Shown: piece after piece, positions 33,893 through 46,937 of the stretch
Layout: each line of letters begins with the position of its first letter
How positions within the stretch are numbered: the first letter of the stretch is position 1
Notes under the pieces: model-generated
Databases searched by the model: none
The model's input: the letters and a program-made list of their open reading frames with translations, nothing else
Told to the model about the DNA's origin: nothing
Program-made: the position numbers and the translations under genes
Assembly (NCBI GenBank): GCA_010093745.1
Contig: MU005965.1
Span: 310,001 to 374,000, forward strand
DNA length: 64,000 nt
Direction: 5' to 3'
From: Piedraia hortae CBS 480.64
Lineage: Eukaryota

Positions 33893-35465
33893 ATGAGCAA
33901 CGACGTGGAGAAGAATATATTCCTTTCCGCCCCAGAAGTCGACGGAGTGGGAGCGGTGCGTGGCGAAGCGTTTAACCATGGAACAGGGATCTGGGCCAGA
34001 TGTATGCGCGTAGCGGGAAAGTTTGGGGTTGAGCAGCGAGGAATTGAACGCGTCCCGGAAGATGAACGGCCGGATAGAGGGACGAAGGCGCTTTTGAATG
34101 TTTTCACGATGGTATGTATTTGTGATTTTGTTGGGTGGGTGTTGATTTCTTTGGGATCAGTGGTTTTCCGCGAATCTGGTTATCCCTTCTTTTGCATTGG
34201 GATTGCTTGCCAAGTCTATTTTCAAGCTTGGGGTTGTGGATGCGATGCTGACGGTACTGTTTTTCAATTTGATTGGGACGATACCGGTTTGTACGTTTTC
34301 GACCTTTGGACCGGCGTTCGGGCTCAGACAGATGGTTCTGTCGAGGTTTTACTTTGGTTGGTGGGGTGTTAGGCTGGTTGCGTTTTTTAATGTGATTGCC
34401 TGCATCGGATGGTCGGCGGTTAACTCGATTATTGCGGCTCAACTGCTTCATGCGGTTGATAATCGGATTCCGGGATGGGTGGGAATTGTGATTGGGGCGG
34501 TGTGTACGCTCATTATTACCCTCTTTGGGTATGAGGTCGTGCATATATACCAGTTCTGGTCCTGGGCTCCGGCTTTGTTTATTTTCATCGTTATTCTGGG
34601 AGTCTTCGCGCATACCGGCGACTTTCAGAACCTTCCGATGGGCACGGGCGAAGCGGAAGTGGGCAGTGTGCTCTCTTACGGGTCTGTCATCTTCGGATTT
34701 GCAATTGGATGGTCAAGCTTTGCGGCGGATTATACCGTCTACCAACCTGCGACGCAGTCGAAGAAGAAGGTTTACTTCTGGACCTGGCTTGGTGTTGTCC
34801 CAGCCATGTGCTTTACGCAGATGCTCGGCATAGCTGTCATGAGCGCGACTGCTGCCAATGGGGGCGACAATCGATACCAAAAGGGCTACGATGCATCTGG
34901 CTCGGGAGGCATCATTGACGCAATCATCGTCTATCACCTCGGCGGGTTCGGGAAATTTTGTCTCGTCATCCTCGCACTAACAGTCATCGCGACAAATTGT
35001 CCGAATATCTACTCGGTCTCGTTGACGGTGCAGGTTTTGACGAGAAGAGCACAGAGGGTGCCGCGCTTCCTCTGGACGTTTGTGGCAACCATATGCTACG
35101 TTGCAATCGGAATTCCAGCTTACCTTCGATTTGAATCCGTCTTGCACAACTTTATGATCTTCATCGGCTACTGGCTTGCCATCTACGGAACTATCGTTCT
35201 CACTGATCATGTTGTTTTCAAGCGTGGTGTGAAGGGCTATCGGCCTGAAATGTACGATACGCCAAAAGCACTGCCGAGTGGCATCGCTGCGGTCACGGCG
35301 TTTTGTGTGGGAATCGTCGGTATGGTTGCGGGCATCAGCGGGACATGGTGGACAGGTTGGATTGCTCGTGCGGCTGGCGGTGACATCGGGTGGGAAACGG
35401 CTGCCGGTTTTGCCTTGGTGACCTACCTTATTGCTAGGCCGTTGGAGTTGAAATGGGGACGGTAA
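33893..35465 (+). CDS. Purine-cytosine permease (NCS1, FCY2 family); intron 34112-34160
   Basis: GVEQRGIERVPEDER, WFSANL after splicing, GP.FGLRQMVLSRF.FG, AADY.VY; about 12 hydrophobic segments. Confidence 0.93.
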
Positions 35466-37076
35466 AATAAATGACTATAGTCGACTATAAAAGTTCTTGT
35501 ACATGTAACTGTGAGACGAGTTGATCAAGCTGTAAAGATGGCCGGTGCTGGCTGAGTTTGACCGTAACTTTTGCTTTTGGTCAGAAGCCGAGACCTTTGA
35601 GAAGGCCTTGCAGCGGAACTCTCTCCTGGCCCCTGCCGCAATGTCGGAGATTTTACAACCGGTTGGTATGCGACATTTCTCGCTTTGAGAACGAGATGTC
35701 AAAGCGCTTCACGTGTGTAGGACCAAACAATGGGTGCCTGCTTAATCACAATCGCCTCCACATTCATTTCCTGGGATGGCACACCAATCGTACCGTTATA
35801 CGTGGATTAGACCGTCCCATTCGTCGATTAACATTTGGTGGCTGAACAGCCCTCTAGCAACGTCACCCCAGTCTTCTACTATCAGAGTTTACAGCCTGAG
35901 GCATCAACATGTCCAGAAAAGCTCGGGTAACCCCGCTGTCAACCCAACTGCAGCTAGGGAAGCGAGACTTGGGTGCATGACAGGGGTTCCTCGGAAAAAT
36001 GAAAACTACTACCGGTGAGTTGCATGACTCTGACTGGCCTTTTCAGGTCACTGGCCGTCAACAAGAATTGTCATCACGTCTGGGGTAATGCGACATTCGT
36101 TGCCGTTCCTGAGCTACCCACATAAAAAGCCACGTTGAGTTACCAAAGGCTGGGTGCAGCTGTAAAAGTCATGACGCATTGCATGCTTTGGCTCAATCGT
36201 ATAAAAGTCTGCAACCCGCAAAAGCACGTTGACTGGGGTGAAGCCGTTGTGCGCACGAATCCCTGTGGGGCGCCCCGTCTTTATTGATGCACAGCAGGGA
36301 CAAAACGGCGCCAGGGAACTAAATTCCCCAGAATCGAAAGTCCAAAATCGATTGGCCCGAGGATTATGTTCCAGTCTGGGCCCACTCTATTAAGCCTCCG
36401 CCTGAATAGCACTCAGCCACAGTTAGCGTGCTCCAACGCTGATGACTGATGCACGTTCCGAAGTTGGTTCAGCCCTGCCCCACACCTGTTCAGCGTTACC
36501 AGCTAGATGTCATGGTAGCCAAAACAAAGCAATGTTACACGACGGGGAAGCGGATCATGCGCAGACAGACTCCCGGGAGGGAGTTAAGTCCCGAGAAGCG
36601 CGGTGCGACAACGCGCAAGGAAAACATAGGCCGTTATTGCCTGCATGATCGATCACGTGAATACGTTTCAAAAGCGGCCAATAGGTTCAGTGGCGGAGTG
36701 GGGCGGACAGGGCAGCACACCGTTGGCCGGAAAAGCGCACATGCCCCGGCGCCGGGCTGGTGGGGCAGGCGTGGACGCCCGGGAAGGTGCGGGAGGATGC
36801 GGGAGGCGTCGGGAAGGCGACGGGACGAGCCGCAGTAGACGCCCCCCCTCTCCCCATCTTTTCTGGCCGCGCGCCGATCTGATCTTGGGACCCGCTCCGA
36901 ACCCCGACAACCCTTACCCGCGGGCGCATTTGTGACATTTCTGACTCCAGGACTCGTCTGCCCGCTTTCCCCATCAACCCTAATCTTACTCTTGCTGCTC
37001 CGTTTCTCCTCGCTTCTTTCCCACTTCACCGCTCCACGCAAAACACCTTTTTTTTCCATCCTTGTGCGCGTCCACC

Positions 37077-39836
37077 ATGGCTGCAACGTCACCTCCCCGC
37101 TATTCACGCTATCCTCAGCCCCGTTCGCCGGCTACAGTAAACACTCAACCTCCTCAGTCACTTGCCCCGCCACCGCAGCCTCTTGCGCAACCGCAGCAGC
37201 AGCAATCGTCCATTGCGTCGCCGCCGCCGCCGCCGCAGCAGCAAGCACCAGCCCAACAGCCGCAACAGCCGCAATCTCAGCAACAACAACAACAACAACA
37301 ACAACAACAGCCTCCGAAACCCTCGGCGATAGCTCAAGCGACTGCGACGGCCAACGAAAAAGTGTGGTTAGCGCTTGGCTCGTTTGCAGAAGTGCTCAAC
37401 CATGTGGATGAGGCTGTCCACTGTTATGAGCGCGCGCTGACCTGTAATCCGTGGTCCACAGCGGCAATGCATGCCATTTCCAACCTTTGGCGTGTTAGAG
37501 ACCAATTTCCTCAAGCTATCGAGTATCTGCGTGCCATTCTCAGAATTGACCCATCAAACGGCGAGGTCTGGAGTAGCCTTGGACATTGCTATCTCATGAC
37601 GGAAGACCTGCAACAAGCCTACGCCGCTTACCAGCAAGCTCTATACCACCTGCCTGACCCCAAGGAGCCAAGGCTTTGGTATGGGATAGGCATCTTGTAT
37701 GACCGTTACGGCTCACTAGAGCATGCCGAAGAAGCGTTTTCACAGGTCATGAGGATGCAGCCGACGTTTGAGAAGTCGAATGAAATCTACTTTCGCCTTG
37801 GCATCATTTACAAGCAGCAGCAGAAGTACCAGAGCAGTTTGGATTGCTTTCAATTTATTGTGAATGATCCGCCACGCCCGCTGTGCGAGGAAGATATCTG
37901 GTTCCAGATCGGACATGTTTACGAGCAGCAGAAAGATGTGAGTCGCATCATCTACTTCAGATTGCTCAGCTAACTTGCAAATAGTACGATTTAGCCAAAA
38001 CGGCTTACACACGAGTGCTAGATCGCGACCCCAATCACGCAAAGGTGCTGCAACAGCTCGGATGGCTGCATCACAATCAGGGCGGCAGCTATGAGCTGCA
38101 GGAGCAAGCTATTGAGTATTTGGAGAAGTCTGTGCAGTCTGGTATGTGATTATTGCAAAGTAGTGGTAACAATGCTAACGGAGCAGACCCGAACGACGCC
38201 CAGAGTTGGTATTTGTTGGGCCGGTGCTATATGTCACAGCACAAGTACCCAAAGGCGTACGAGTCCTACCAGCAAGCAGTCTACCGCGACGGTCGTAACC
38301 CGACTTTCTGGTGTTCGATTGGTGTGCTCTACTACCAGATTAGCCAGTACCGCGACGCCTTGGATGCATATTCCCGCGCGATTCGGCTGAATCCAAATAT
38401 CTCCGAAGTGTGGTATGACTTGGGCACCTTGGTGAGTGTTTAGTTTATGCCTTTATTGCCCGAAGCTCTGCTAACTCCTCCAGTATGAATCGTGCAACAA
38501 CCAGACACCAGATGCTCTGGATGCCTATACGCGGGCAGCTGAGCTTGACCCGACGAATACGCATATCAAGGCTCGTCTTGCGCTCCTCAAGGGACAGTCG
38601 ACCAATGGCATGCCCAACCAAGGCGTGCCACTGCCTCAGGACGTACACCCTCAAGCCTACCAGCCGGGAGCTCTGGGGAGCGGGCCGCCCGGACCACAAT
38701 GGAATGGACACTCGCAGAATCCTCCGCCAGGTCCAGCCCCTCCACCACTCGGACCAGCCGGCAATTGGGGACCTTTTGCGCCAACAGGGCGGCCTAGTGA
38801 TCCACCGCTCAATGCGACGCCAAGCCACTATGATCAACGAGACCGCTTGCCACCACCGCAGCATCAGCACGCACAGCAACAGCAGTCCCTGCCGCCGCCG
38901 CCGCCGACGCAGGCACCACGTCCGCCAAGCGCCCCACGGCCCGATCTGTCTCGCTACCCCCACGATCAGCCACAGCGACCACCGCCACCACCGCACAGGG
39001 GCCTCTCCACTTCGCCCAACGGGTCACATCTGGCAGCGGGTCCAACCGCCGCCACGACCTACCGCCCGGGACAACCAGTGGCTGTGCCCCCCATATCGCA
39101 GGTGCACTCGCCACGCCCAGATGGCCTGCGCTCGGATGGACTCCGGCATTACGGACCAACCACGAACGACACAGGTACGCCTCTTCCTCCCTATGGACGG
39201 CCGAACGACCTGGGGCCACCGTCTGAAGTACGTCCGCTGGGCGTGGCGGTAGCAGGCGCGCCAGGAACACCGTATGGGCGACAACCGTTCATCCACCATG
39301 AGGCGACCCCGGGCATTGCCGGTGGGGCACCGGCTCCTCCGACAGCCCAGTCTGCAGCTGACGCGGCAGCACGGGAGCGGGAGCGAGAAGACAGGCGCAG
39401 TGTGGCACCACCTAAGCGACCACGTGAGTGGGAGGATGGAGGAGGTTCGGCTAAAAAGCCGTCGACGGACTTGCAACGATCGCGGCTGGACGAAATCAAG
39501 GTCCTGCGACCAGCCTCCCCCGAGCGCAACGGCACGCCGACGCCCGGGCGCAGTCCGCGAAGGGACCAATCATATAACCCATCTGAGGCAGCACATCACC
39601 CGACGTCGCTGCCCTCTTTGACGCAACTGGCAGTGGTGGCGGCGCCCGAGGAGTCAACACAAGCGCAATCACAAGCGCCACCGCCACCGCCATCGCAACC
39701 GCCGGCGGGACAACAGCACCGAGCCTTACCAACACCGCAATCACAAACGTACGAACCGGCGGCGAGGCCGATCAAGGTCGACGAAAACTATTGCAGCAGC
39801 AGCGAGTCGGAGGGGAAGAGCACAAAAGAGGGGTAG
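37077..39836 (+). CDS. SSN6: General transcriptional co-repressor Ssn6/Cyc8 (TPR); introns 37938-37984, 38142-38186, 38432-38483
   Basis: Poly-Q N-terminus, TPRs (LWYGIGILYDRYGSLEHAEEAF, FWCSIGVLYYQI.QYRDALDAYSRAIRLNP) and a Pro-rich tail; GT-AG introns with CTAAC branch sites restore the frame. Confidence 0.95.
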
Positions 39837-39957
39837 CATAGTGTCACGTGAATATCACATGACTTGTATATATGACGGCATCGACTTTGCACCGCAGCCT
39901 GTCAGTCTTGGCGTTGACGTGTTGCAGCCCCGCCTGGCCATTCATCCACCTTTTCCA

Positions 39958-41150
39958 ATGGCGCAATCCCAGGCCCAAGTGCAGCCGTGTCGCTACAAGA
40001 CTGGTAAGACGCTCGGTGCGGGCTCGTATAGCGTAGTCAAGGAATGCGTGCACATCACCACTGGGCGCTACTATGCCGCCAAAGTCATTAATAAGCGGCT
40101 CATGGCCGGGCGAGAACACATGGTGCGCAACGAGATTGCCGTGCTGAAGCGCGTGTCAATGGGCCACCAGAATATCCTTACTCTGGTCGACTATTTCGAG
40201 ACGATGAACAACTGTGAGTAAATCGTCGGTCGGAGTATCAGAGCCTGACAAGAACAGTGTATTTGGTGACGGAACTGGCGCTCGGCGGGGAGCTGTTTGA
40301 TCGCATCTGTCGCAAAGGCTCGTATTACGAGTCAGATGCCGCCGATTTAATACGAGCCGTGTTGTCTGCCGTTGCGTATTTGCATGACCATGGCATCGTC
40401 CATCGCGATCTCAAGCCTGAGAATCTTTTATTTCGCACGCCCGAGGATAACGCAGACTTGCTGATTGCCGACTTTGGACTGTCGCGCATCATGGACGAAG
40501 AGCAATTTCACGTCCTGACCACGACGTGCGGCACTCCGGGGTACATGGCGCCAGAGATCTTCCGCAAAAGCGGCCATGGCAAGCCGGTCGATGTGTGGGC
40601 AATTGGCGTCATCACCTACTTCATGCTCTGCGGCTACACGCCATTTGACCGGGAAAGTAATCTGGAGGAGATGCAGGCGATCCTCGCAGCCGATTACAGC
40701 TTCACTCCGGTAGAGTACTGGCGCGGCGTCAGCACGGCGGCACGGCAATTCATCGAACAATGCCTGACCATTGACCCAACACAGCGCATGACTGCGCACG
40801 AAGCCCTGTCGCACGAGTGGATCGTCGGACCTGCCAGCGGCCGAGGTGAAGAGGATCTTCTTCCGACTGTCAAGAAAAACTTCAACGCGCGACGCACGCT
40901 GCACAAAGCGATCGACACTGTGCGCGCCATCAATCAACTCCGCGCCGGTCACATTGGCGGCATGATGGACGGCGCCTTCAGCAAACCCCCTGATCCGGGT
41001 ACGCACAGGGAAAAGGACGCAGGTGGAACCAGCAACGATCCCCGCGGCCACGGACGCGGTCAAACCGAGGCGCAAATAAAAGAACAACAGCGCCGTATCG
41101 AGGAGACGCAACGCGAGCTCTGGCAGCAGTGGAAAGCTCAGGCTGCTTGA
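39958..41150 (+). CDS. cmkB: Ca2+/calmodulin-dependent protein kinase (CmkB/Cmk1 type); intron 40214-40257
   Basis: QPCRYKTGKTLGAGSYSVV, HRDLKPEN, DFG, TTCGTPGYMAPE and the CaM-binding FNARRTLHKAIDTVRAINQL. Confidence 0.92.
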
Positions 41151-42629
41151 CCTTTCTTTTCATTTCTCTTCTGCTGATGAGCTTGCATTGTCCATTTTGA
41201 GAGTGTCGTCGATTTTTAATTTGTTGATGAGGGTAGTTACTCGAATGTGTTTCATCGCTGCTGCCGTGTTAATGTTCCGAGGGTGGAAGACCCCGTCGGG
41301 GAGGAGGGGAAATTTTCCGCGCGGATCGGTCCGTGCGCGCACCGCCCAACGCACTTTTCGTCCACTTCTGTTTCTGACCACGTCACCCTGCCCATATCTT
41401 TCTCGGAAAGGCCTTCCTCGCTGCCCCATCATCCTTTAGTCTCCTAGTCCTCGCCCTCGAGGACGGAAAACATGTCCTGAGGTATGTACCCTCTCTCCTC
41501 TCCTTTTCCCCGAAGATGAAGGAACAAAAAACACAGACCTGATCTGAACTCTTGTGTTGATAACTTTTTGCTTTACCTCTCTGAGGGTCTTGCTATACTG
41601 GATTTAATGTGATGCTGGGATAGATGCTGATTGTCACTAGGGACCAAACTTCGAACCGGGAATGGCTTGGAGGGAGAATATGACCCAAGGTGGGTGGGGA
41701 GGGTTCGACTAGAGGCTGGTGCTATATTGCGAAGGGGAGATAACCCTTAGCTAGATGGTTCCAGCTCGAAGGATGGGCCCATCTAAACTAGATAGTGGCA
41801 AGTCTACCATGAAGGGAGGTAGCTCGCTGGGCAGATGAAGGGGTTCATCTGCTCGAGGGATAATAACTGAGTGGATAAAGGCTTTGTCTAATCCGATCTA
41901 TGGAAAGCTGAGATGACCGTGGGTATTACAGCTCTCTGGCCCCGGTCCAACGAACTGTAACAGAGGGAGGGTTGAATGAAAGGGTACGTTCTCGACTTTC
42001 CTTCTTATATCTGCATTGATGAAGCATGGAAATACACATCACAGACCTGATCTGAAGTTTCGTGTTGATCGTTTTTTTTTTCCAATTGTCCAACTGCTGT
42101 CTGAATTGGGAACCACTTCTTTTTGATGTTTTGAGTGGGTGTGGGAACCGGCTAACGTTGGGTTTAGATTGTCTCCCTGCAGAGACTTGCCCCATAGCAA
42201 ATAACTATGGGCATGGCACCATCCACTATGATACTATGGGGATGGATCAGGTCAAAGCCGTTATGAACGGACGCTTGAACTTTGTTAACTGCGAATCTAG
42301 TTTAAGATGCTGAGCGATCCGATCTAGAAAACACCGAAATCAACCATTTCCATCCCTCTCATGGGGACTCAACGCCCCCTGAGTCGATGGCAGTTGATCC
42401 TCCTCAAAACCTTTTCAGCCCATTTGAATTTAAGGCTGATTTCCTATTAGATGTTCTGTTCTACTCCGGAAAACAGCTTCTCAGTGAGCAGTTTACTGAG
42501 ACATGGAGACAGGTGTCAGTTGCATTTGCGATATGCAGGATTCTCAAGCCAAGGTGGAAGCCAACTTTGAGGATCCCGACCTCGAGAGAACAGCTCGAAA
42601 TTGCTGACTTGCCCTTTTTTGAGAAAACA

Positions 42630-43700
42630 ATGGCAACCATCGCCCCAGCTTTGGCCATCACTAGAGCTACGACCACGGGTACGCCACGCTTGCACCCAAT
42701 CCGCAGCAGGAGCGACGGTGCGGCGCATTCCGGGAGGCACCTCGTCCGCCTTGCCGGCCCATCCACCTACCCCTATGTATATACCCTGCCTGCCGCCACC
42801 ATGCATTGGTCCCGGTAGAGAACTTCAATGACTAGTAAACAGGGAGAACGGGATTTGGCAGAATACATCGCTGAATTGGTACAGTATGCTACCCGTTCTG
42901 GTTCTAAAGATGTTGCCAAGAAGTCCCTCATCTTCGACAATGTATTTTCCGAGATGAACCTATAGAAATCGAAGCCAGTCAAAGCTACCGACGCTGGCTA
43001 GGCGGAATAAATACCGTCAAGTGGCTTCACACTCTAAGATGAAGAGATGGGGAAAACTGTAACAGTAATCCTTTTTACCAACTCAACACAGCCGATCTGC
43101 TTAGGATGGAAGCCTGCAGGCCTGATTTCGGTGTGATTCACTGCTCAGAAGTTTTGATGACTCATAGACAGCGCCTATTGATTCCAACGCAATAAGCGAG
43201 CTTTGGCACGGCGACAAATGGAGATGGGAGCTCCTCCTCCAACGCCCGATGGAAATGCTAGTCTGGTTTGGGATGTTCTCCAGCCAAAACCGCTGCTATT
43301 CTCTTGACATTTTCCTTTCGATGGGCGCGATCTTCAAACGTCCTGAGGATTATGTTGGTTATTGGTTCCGCAGACCAGTTCAGGGGCAGGGATGACTATA
43401 TAATAGAGACCACCTTGACCTTAGGCCACAAGGAGTACAACGTCGACTGTCTCGTTGATTCTGGTGCACACGGAGCTCTTTATCTCGACACATCTTTTGC
43501 ACAACTTCTCACGGCCGAAACGGGTGTCAAGCCCGTAAAACTGTCACGAAACTGCGAACTCAAGGAACCGGACTGGGCAGACACTATCTATCCGATTTCA
43601 GAAATTGGAAGCCACACCGAACGCACTCCTATCCTGGGATGTACCTACCTCAAGAACCACGGTATGATTCTAGACGTTGTCAAAGGGGACTGTTGAGTCA
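42630..43700 (+). mobile_element. Degenerate Ty3/Gypsy gag-protease remnant
   Basis: Gag-like KQGERDLAEYIAELVQYA at ~42835 and retropepsin-like CLVDSGAHGALYLDTSFA...ILG..YLK.HG; many stops. Possible LTR debris upstream (17-bp repeat at 41532 and 42040). Confidence 0.75.
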
Positions 43701-43847
43701 GAAGGGCAATCCCGACGACTGCTTCAACCACGACAGGGCGACTTGCCTTTATCGTTAGTATGTCTGCTCATTCTGCGACGGGATTTAGAGGCATGTTAGA
43801 GTCGTGCATTGATTAGACCATTAAAACGAGTAGCAATTCCATCTAAA

Positions 43848-44904
43848 TTACCCTTCGCCGTACTCAGATCCAGGATGGTTATATGGATGGGAAAGATAGA
43901 CATCGATCCTCCGGGCCATCCAAGACACCATCTTGGTCAACTCCTCACGCAGCCTGCTGACGGACTGAGCGTCCATGTTTGTGTGGGCGATCAAATCGGG
44001 CATCGAAACTGGTCCCATTAGCTCTAGTTCAACATGAAAGCAGTCTTTTTTTTTTTCGTACCAAGCAGTCTGAGCAGGTGCTCGCATCCGTACATTTCCG
44101 CCAGAGATTTCCCAGCGTGTTCGCCATGGCCGGCCGTAATTTGCTTGTAGACGCTGTGATATTGCTGGCGTTCGAAGCGGTAAAGCAGGATGCGGCCCAG
44201 GGCCTTGTTGAAGTACTCCTCCACGCCAGAGACTACCTCGTTCAGGATATCTTCCTCTGCGGAGCCTCGTAAGCGGTTAGGAGATTCACTGGCCTTGTAG
44301 TCTCGGAGGAACTGGATGGCCGGCGTAGGCGACGGCACGACGACGAGCCTATGATCCTTTGTCACCTTCTCCCAGTCGTCAACGAGGATTGACTTGAGAG
44401 GGTCGGGCATAAAAAGTCGCACGGCAGGACGGCGGATGAAATCATCTTCCTTGTCAATTCCCTCCATCGTATCCCGGCCCCTCTTCCTCGACGGTGCAGC
44501 GGGCGCGGCGGAGCTGCGGTCCTCACTGCCTCGCGCAGACGACACGTCCAGCGCCGCACCATGCCGCTTCCTGCCCGATGATGCGGCAGACTTGTTCGTC
44601 GCCTTGCGCTGGGCCTCCATATCCTTCTTCAAATTCGCCGCCAACTCTTTATTTTCATCCGTGAACTTGCGCAGGCGCTCTGTGGGTACCCAGTCATCCC
44701 ACCTGATCCCGTCAGCTTTGCGGTCAGCAAACACAAATGCACCCACGTGTTCTTCCATCCCTTGTAATGCACGCGGTAGAGATGGCCCTGCGATTTGTCC
44801 GACGGGTCCTTGTATTTGTGCTCGAGTACCTTGGCCTCATAGAGTAACTCCAGGTGGAAGCAGAGCACCTTTTCGTCCTTGGCGTACATTGGAGCAGGCG
44901 GCAT
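43848..44904 (-). CDS. EAF3: Chromatin modification protein Eaf3 (chromo-barrel plus MRG domains); introns 44703-44746 and 44009-44061
   Basis: VLCFH.ELLYEAKV, VHYKGWKNTWDDWV, LKSILVDDWE.VTK, LLYRFERQQY, YG.EHLLRLLVSMP. Confidence 0.95.
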
Positions 44905-45128
44905 TTTTACGGTATGGATGGATATTGCTGTTTTGATAATCGCCCGGCGATTTCTCCACGACGCGTTACTTTGCTAGCGCCATTTCTGGTGGAGACCGTT
45001 CCGTCAATCACAAACCGGAGATTGCCGTCTTGCCTTTCAAGTGCGAATTTTTCACTCGTCACTGGGCGTGTTAGGTAGAACTGTAGTATGTTTCAAATAG
45101 AGCCATGTTCCAGCCGCTTCTTTGACAG

Positions 45129-46937
45129 ATGCTCAAAACCCTCCCAAAACATTTTCGTTGCTTCAGACAACTCACCCAAACTTTTACAACGATGACCAAA
45201 CGCTCAGCATCTGCATCGCCTTCGCCTCCCTCAAAGAAGGCTGCGAAACGTGACGACAACGGAACAGAAGACCAGAATCCGATCCAGACAAAGTACTACA
45301 ACCGCGCAATTTCCATCCAGCGATGCCAAAAGTACAACGAAAACGCCATTCCGCGGCCCATCGAAGTGCTCAATAGCACCATCAAGGAAACGCGCGAGGC
45401 GCGTGAGAAAATCCCGCCCGGCAAGGTTGTGGTGCACTGGTTCAAACGCGATCTGCGCACGCGCGATAATCGTGGCTTGGCCGCTGCCAGTGCTAAAGCG
45501 CGCGAGAATGGGATTCCTCTCGTATGCATCTTCGTCGTGAGTCCGGAGGACTACGAGGCCCATTTTACGAGCCCGCCTCGCGTGGACTTTGAGCTCCGCA
45601 GCCTGGCTGTGCTGAAGAAAGATCTGGCGGAGAAGGACATTCCTCTCTTAGTCCACACGGTGGAGAAGCGAAGCAATGTGCCAGCTTACCTCTTGGAGAA
45701 GTGCGAGGAATGGGGAGCGAAGCACTTCTACTGCAACATCGAATACGAAGTCGATGAACTCCGCCGCGAGGAGAAGCTGATCAGAATGCTGCTCGAAAAG
45801 GACATCGACTGTACTCCGTTGCACGACGACGTCGTTGTTCCCCCGGGTGCTCTGAGCTCAGGTGCAGGCAAGCAGTACTCTGTCTACTCCCCCTGGTTCA
45901 GATCCTGGGTCAAACACATCCACGATCACCCCTATCTTCTCAAAGAATCCGACCCGCCCTCCGCGAACCCCCAAACCGCCCGTGAAACTTTCAGCGACAT
46001 CTTCACTGCCGCCCTACCCACCGCCCCAGCATCCCACTCCTTAACCGCCGAAGAAAAAGGCCGTTTCGCGAACCTCTGGCCGGCAGGCGAGCACGAAGCC
46101 TCCTCCCGCCTTGATCGCTTCCTCACCGAAAAATGCTCCTCCTACTCCACCTCTCGCAACTTCCCCTCCATCAACTCCACCTCCAAGCTCAGCGTGCACT
46201 TCTCCAGCGGGACCCTTGCCGCCCGCACCGCAATCCGCCTTGCCCTAACCACAACCGGGGCCAGAACCCTGGACTCCGGCCCCGCGGGCCCCAAATCGTG
46301 GATGTCCGAAGTGGCCTGGCGCGACTTTTACAAGCACGTCCTGGCCCACTGGCCCTACATCTGCATGTACACGCCCTTCAAATCCGAGTACTCAAACATA
46401 AAATGGGAATACAACACCGCACACTTCCGTGCCTGGTGTGAGGGCCGCACAGGCGTCCCCATCGTCGATGCTGCGATGCGTCAGCTCAATTACTCCGGCT
46501 ACATGCATAACCGGTGTCGGATGATTGTTGCGTCGTTTTTGGCAAAGGATTTGTTGCTGGACTGGAGGCTGGGAGAGAGGTATTTCATGGAGCACCTTAT
46601 TGATGGGGATTTTGCGTCGAATAATGGGGGTTGGGGTTTTGCGGCGTCGACGGGGGTGGACCCGCAGCCGTACTTTAGGATATTTAATCCGATACTGCAG
46701 TCGGAGAGGTTTGATCCTAAGGGGGAGTATATTAGGAAGTGGGTGGAGGAGTTGGAGGGGATTGAGGGGAAGGCGGTTCATGATCCGTGGAATAGGGGGA
46801 TGGGGGAGAGGGTCGGGAAGAAGGGATATCCGAGGCCAATTGTGGATCATAAGGCTGCAAGGGAGAGGGCGTTGGAGAGGTTCAAAAAGGATTTGGGGAG
46901 GGAGACGGCTAACAAAGGTGGGGGGGTACATAATTGA
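45129..46937 (+). CDS. PHR1: Class I CPD DNA photolyase
   Basis: HWFKRDLRTRDNRGL, SEVAWRDFY, GRTGVPIVDAAMRQL..SGYMHNRCRMIVASFL, DGDFASNNGGW, YFRIFNP. Second in-frame ATG at 45192. Confidence 0.95.
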   Translation: MLKTLPKHFRCFRQLTQTFTTMTKRSASASPSPPSKKAAKRDDNGTEDQNPIQTKYYNRAISIQRCQKYNENAIPRPIEVLNSTIKETREAREKIPPGKVVVHWFKRDLRTRDNRGLAAASAKARENGIPLVCIFVVSPEDYEAHFTSPPRVDFELRSLAVLKKDLAEKDIPLLVHTVEKRSNVPAYLLEKCEEWGAKHFYCNIEYEVDELRREEKLIRMLLEKDIDCTPLHDDVVVPPGALSSGAGKQYSVYSPWFRSWVKHIHDHPYLLKESDPPSANPQTARETFSDIFTAALPTAPASHSLTAEEKGRFANLWPAGEHEASSRLDRFLTEKCSSYSTSRNFPSINSTSKLSVHFSSGTLAARTAIRLALTTTGARTLDSGPAGPKSWMSEVAWRDFYKHVLAHWPYICMYTPFKSEYSNIKWEYNTAHFRAWCEGRTGVPIVDAAMRQLNYSGYMHNRCRMIVASFLAKDLLLDWRLGERYFMEHLIDGDFASNNGGWGFAASTGVDPQPYFRIFNPILQSERFDPKGEYIRKWVEELEGIEGKAVHDPWNRGMGERVGKKGYPRPIVDHKAARERALERFKKDLGRETANKGGGVHN

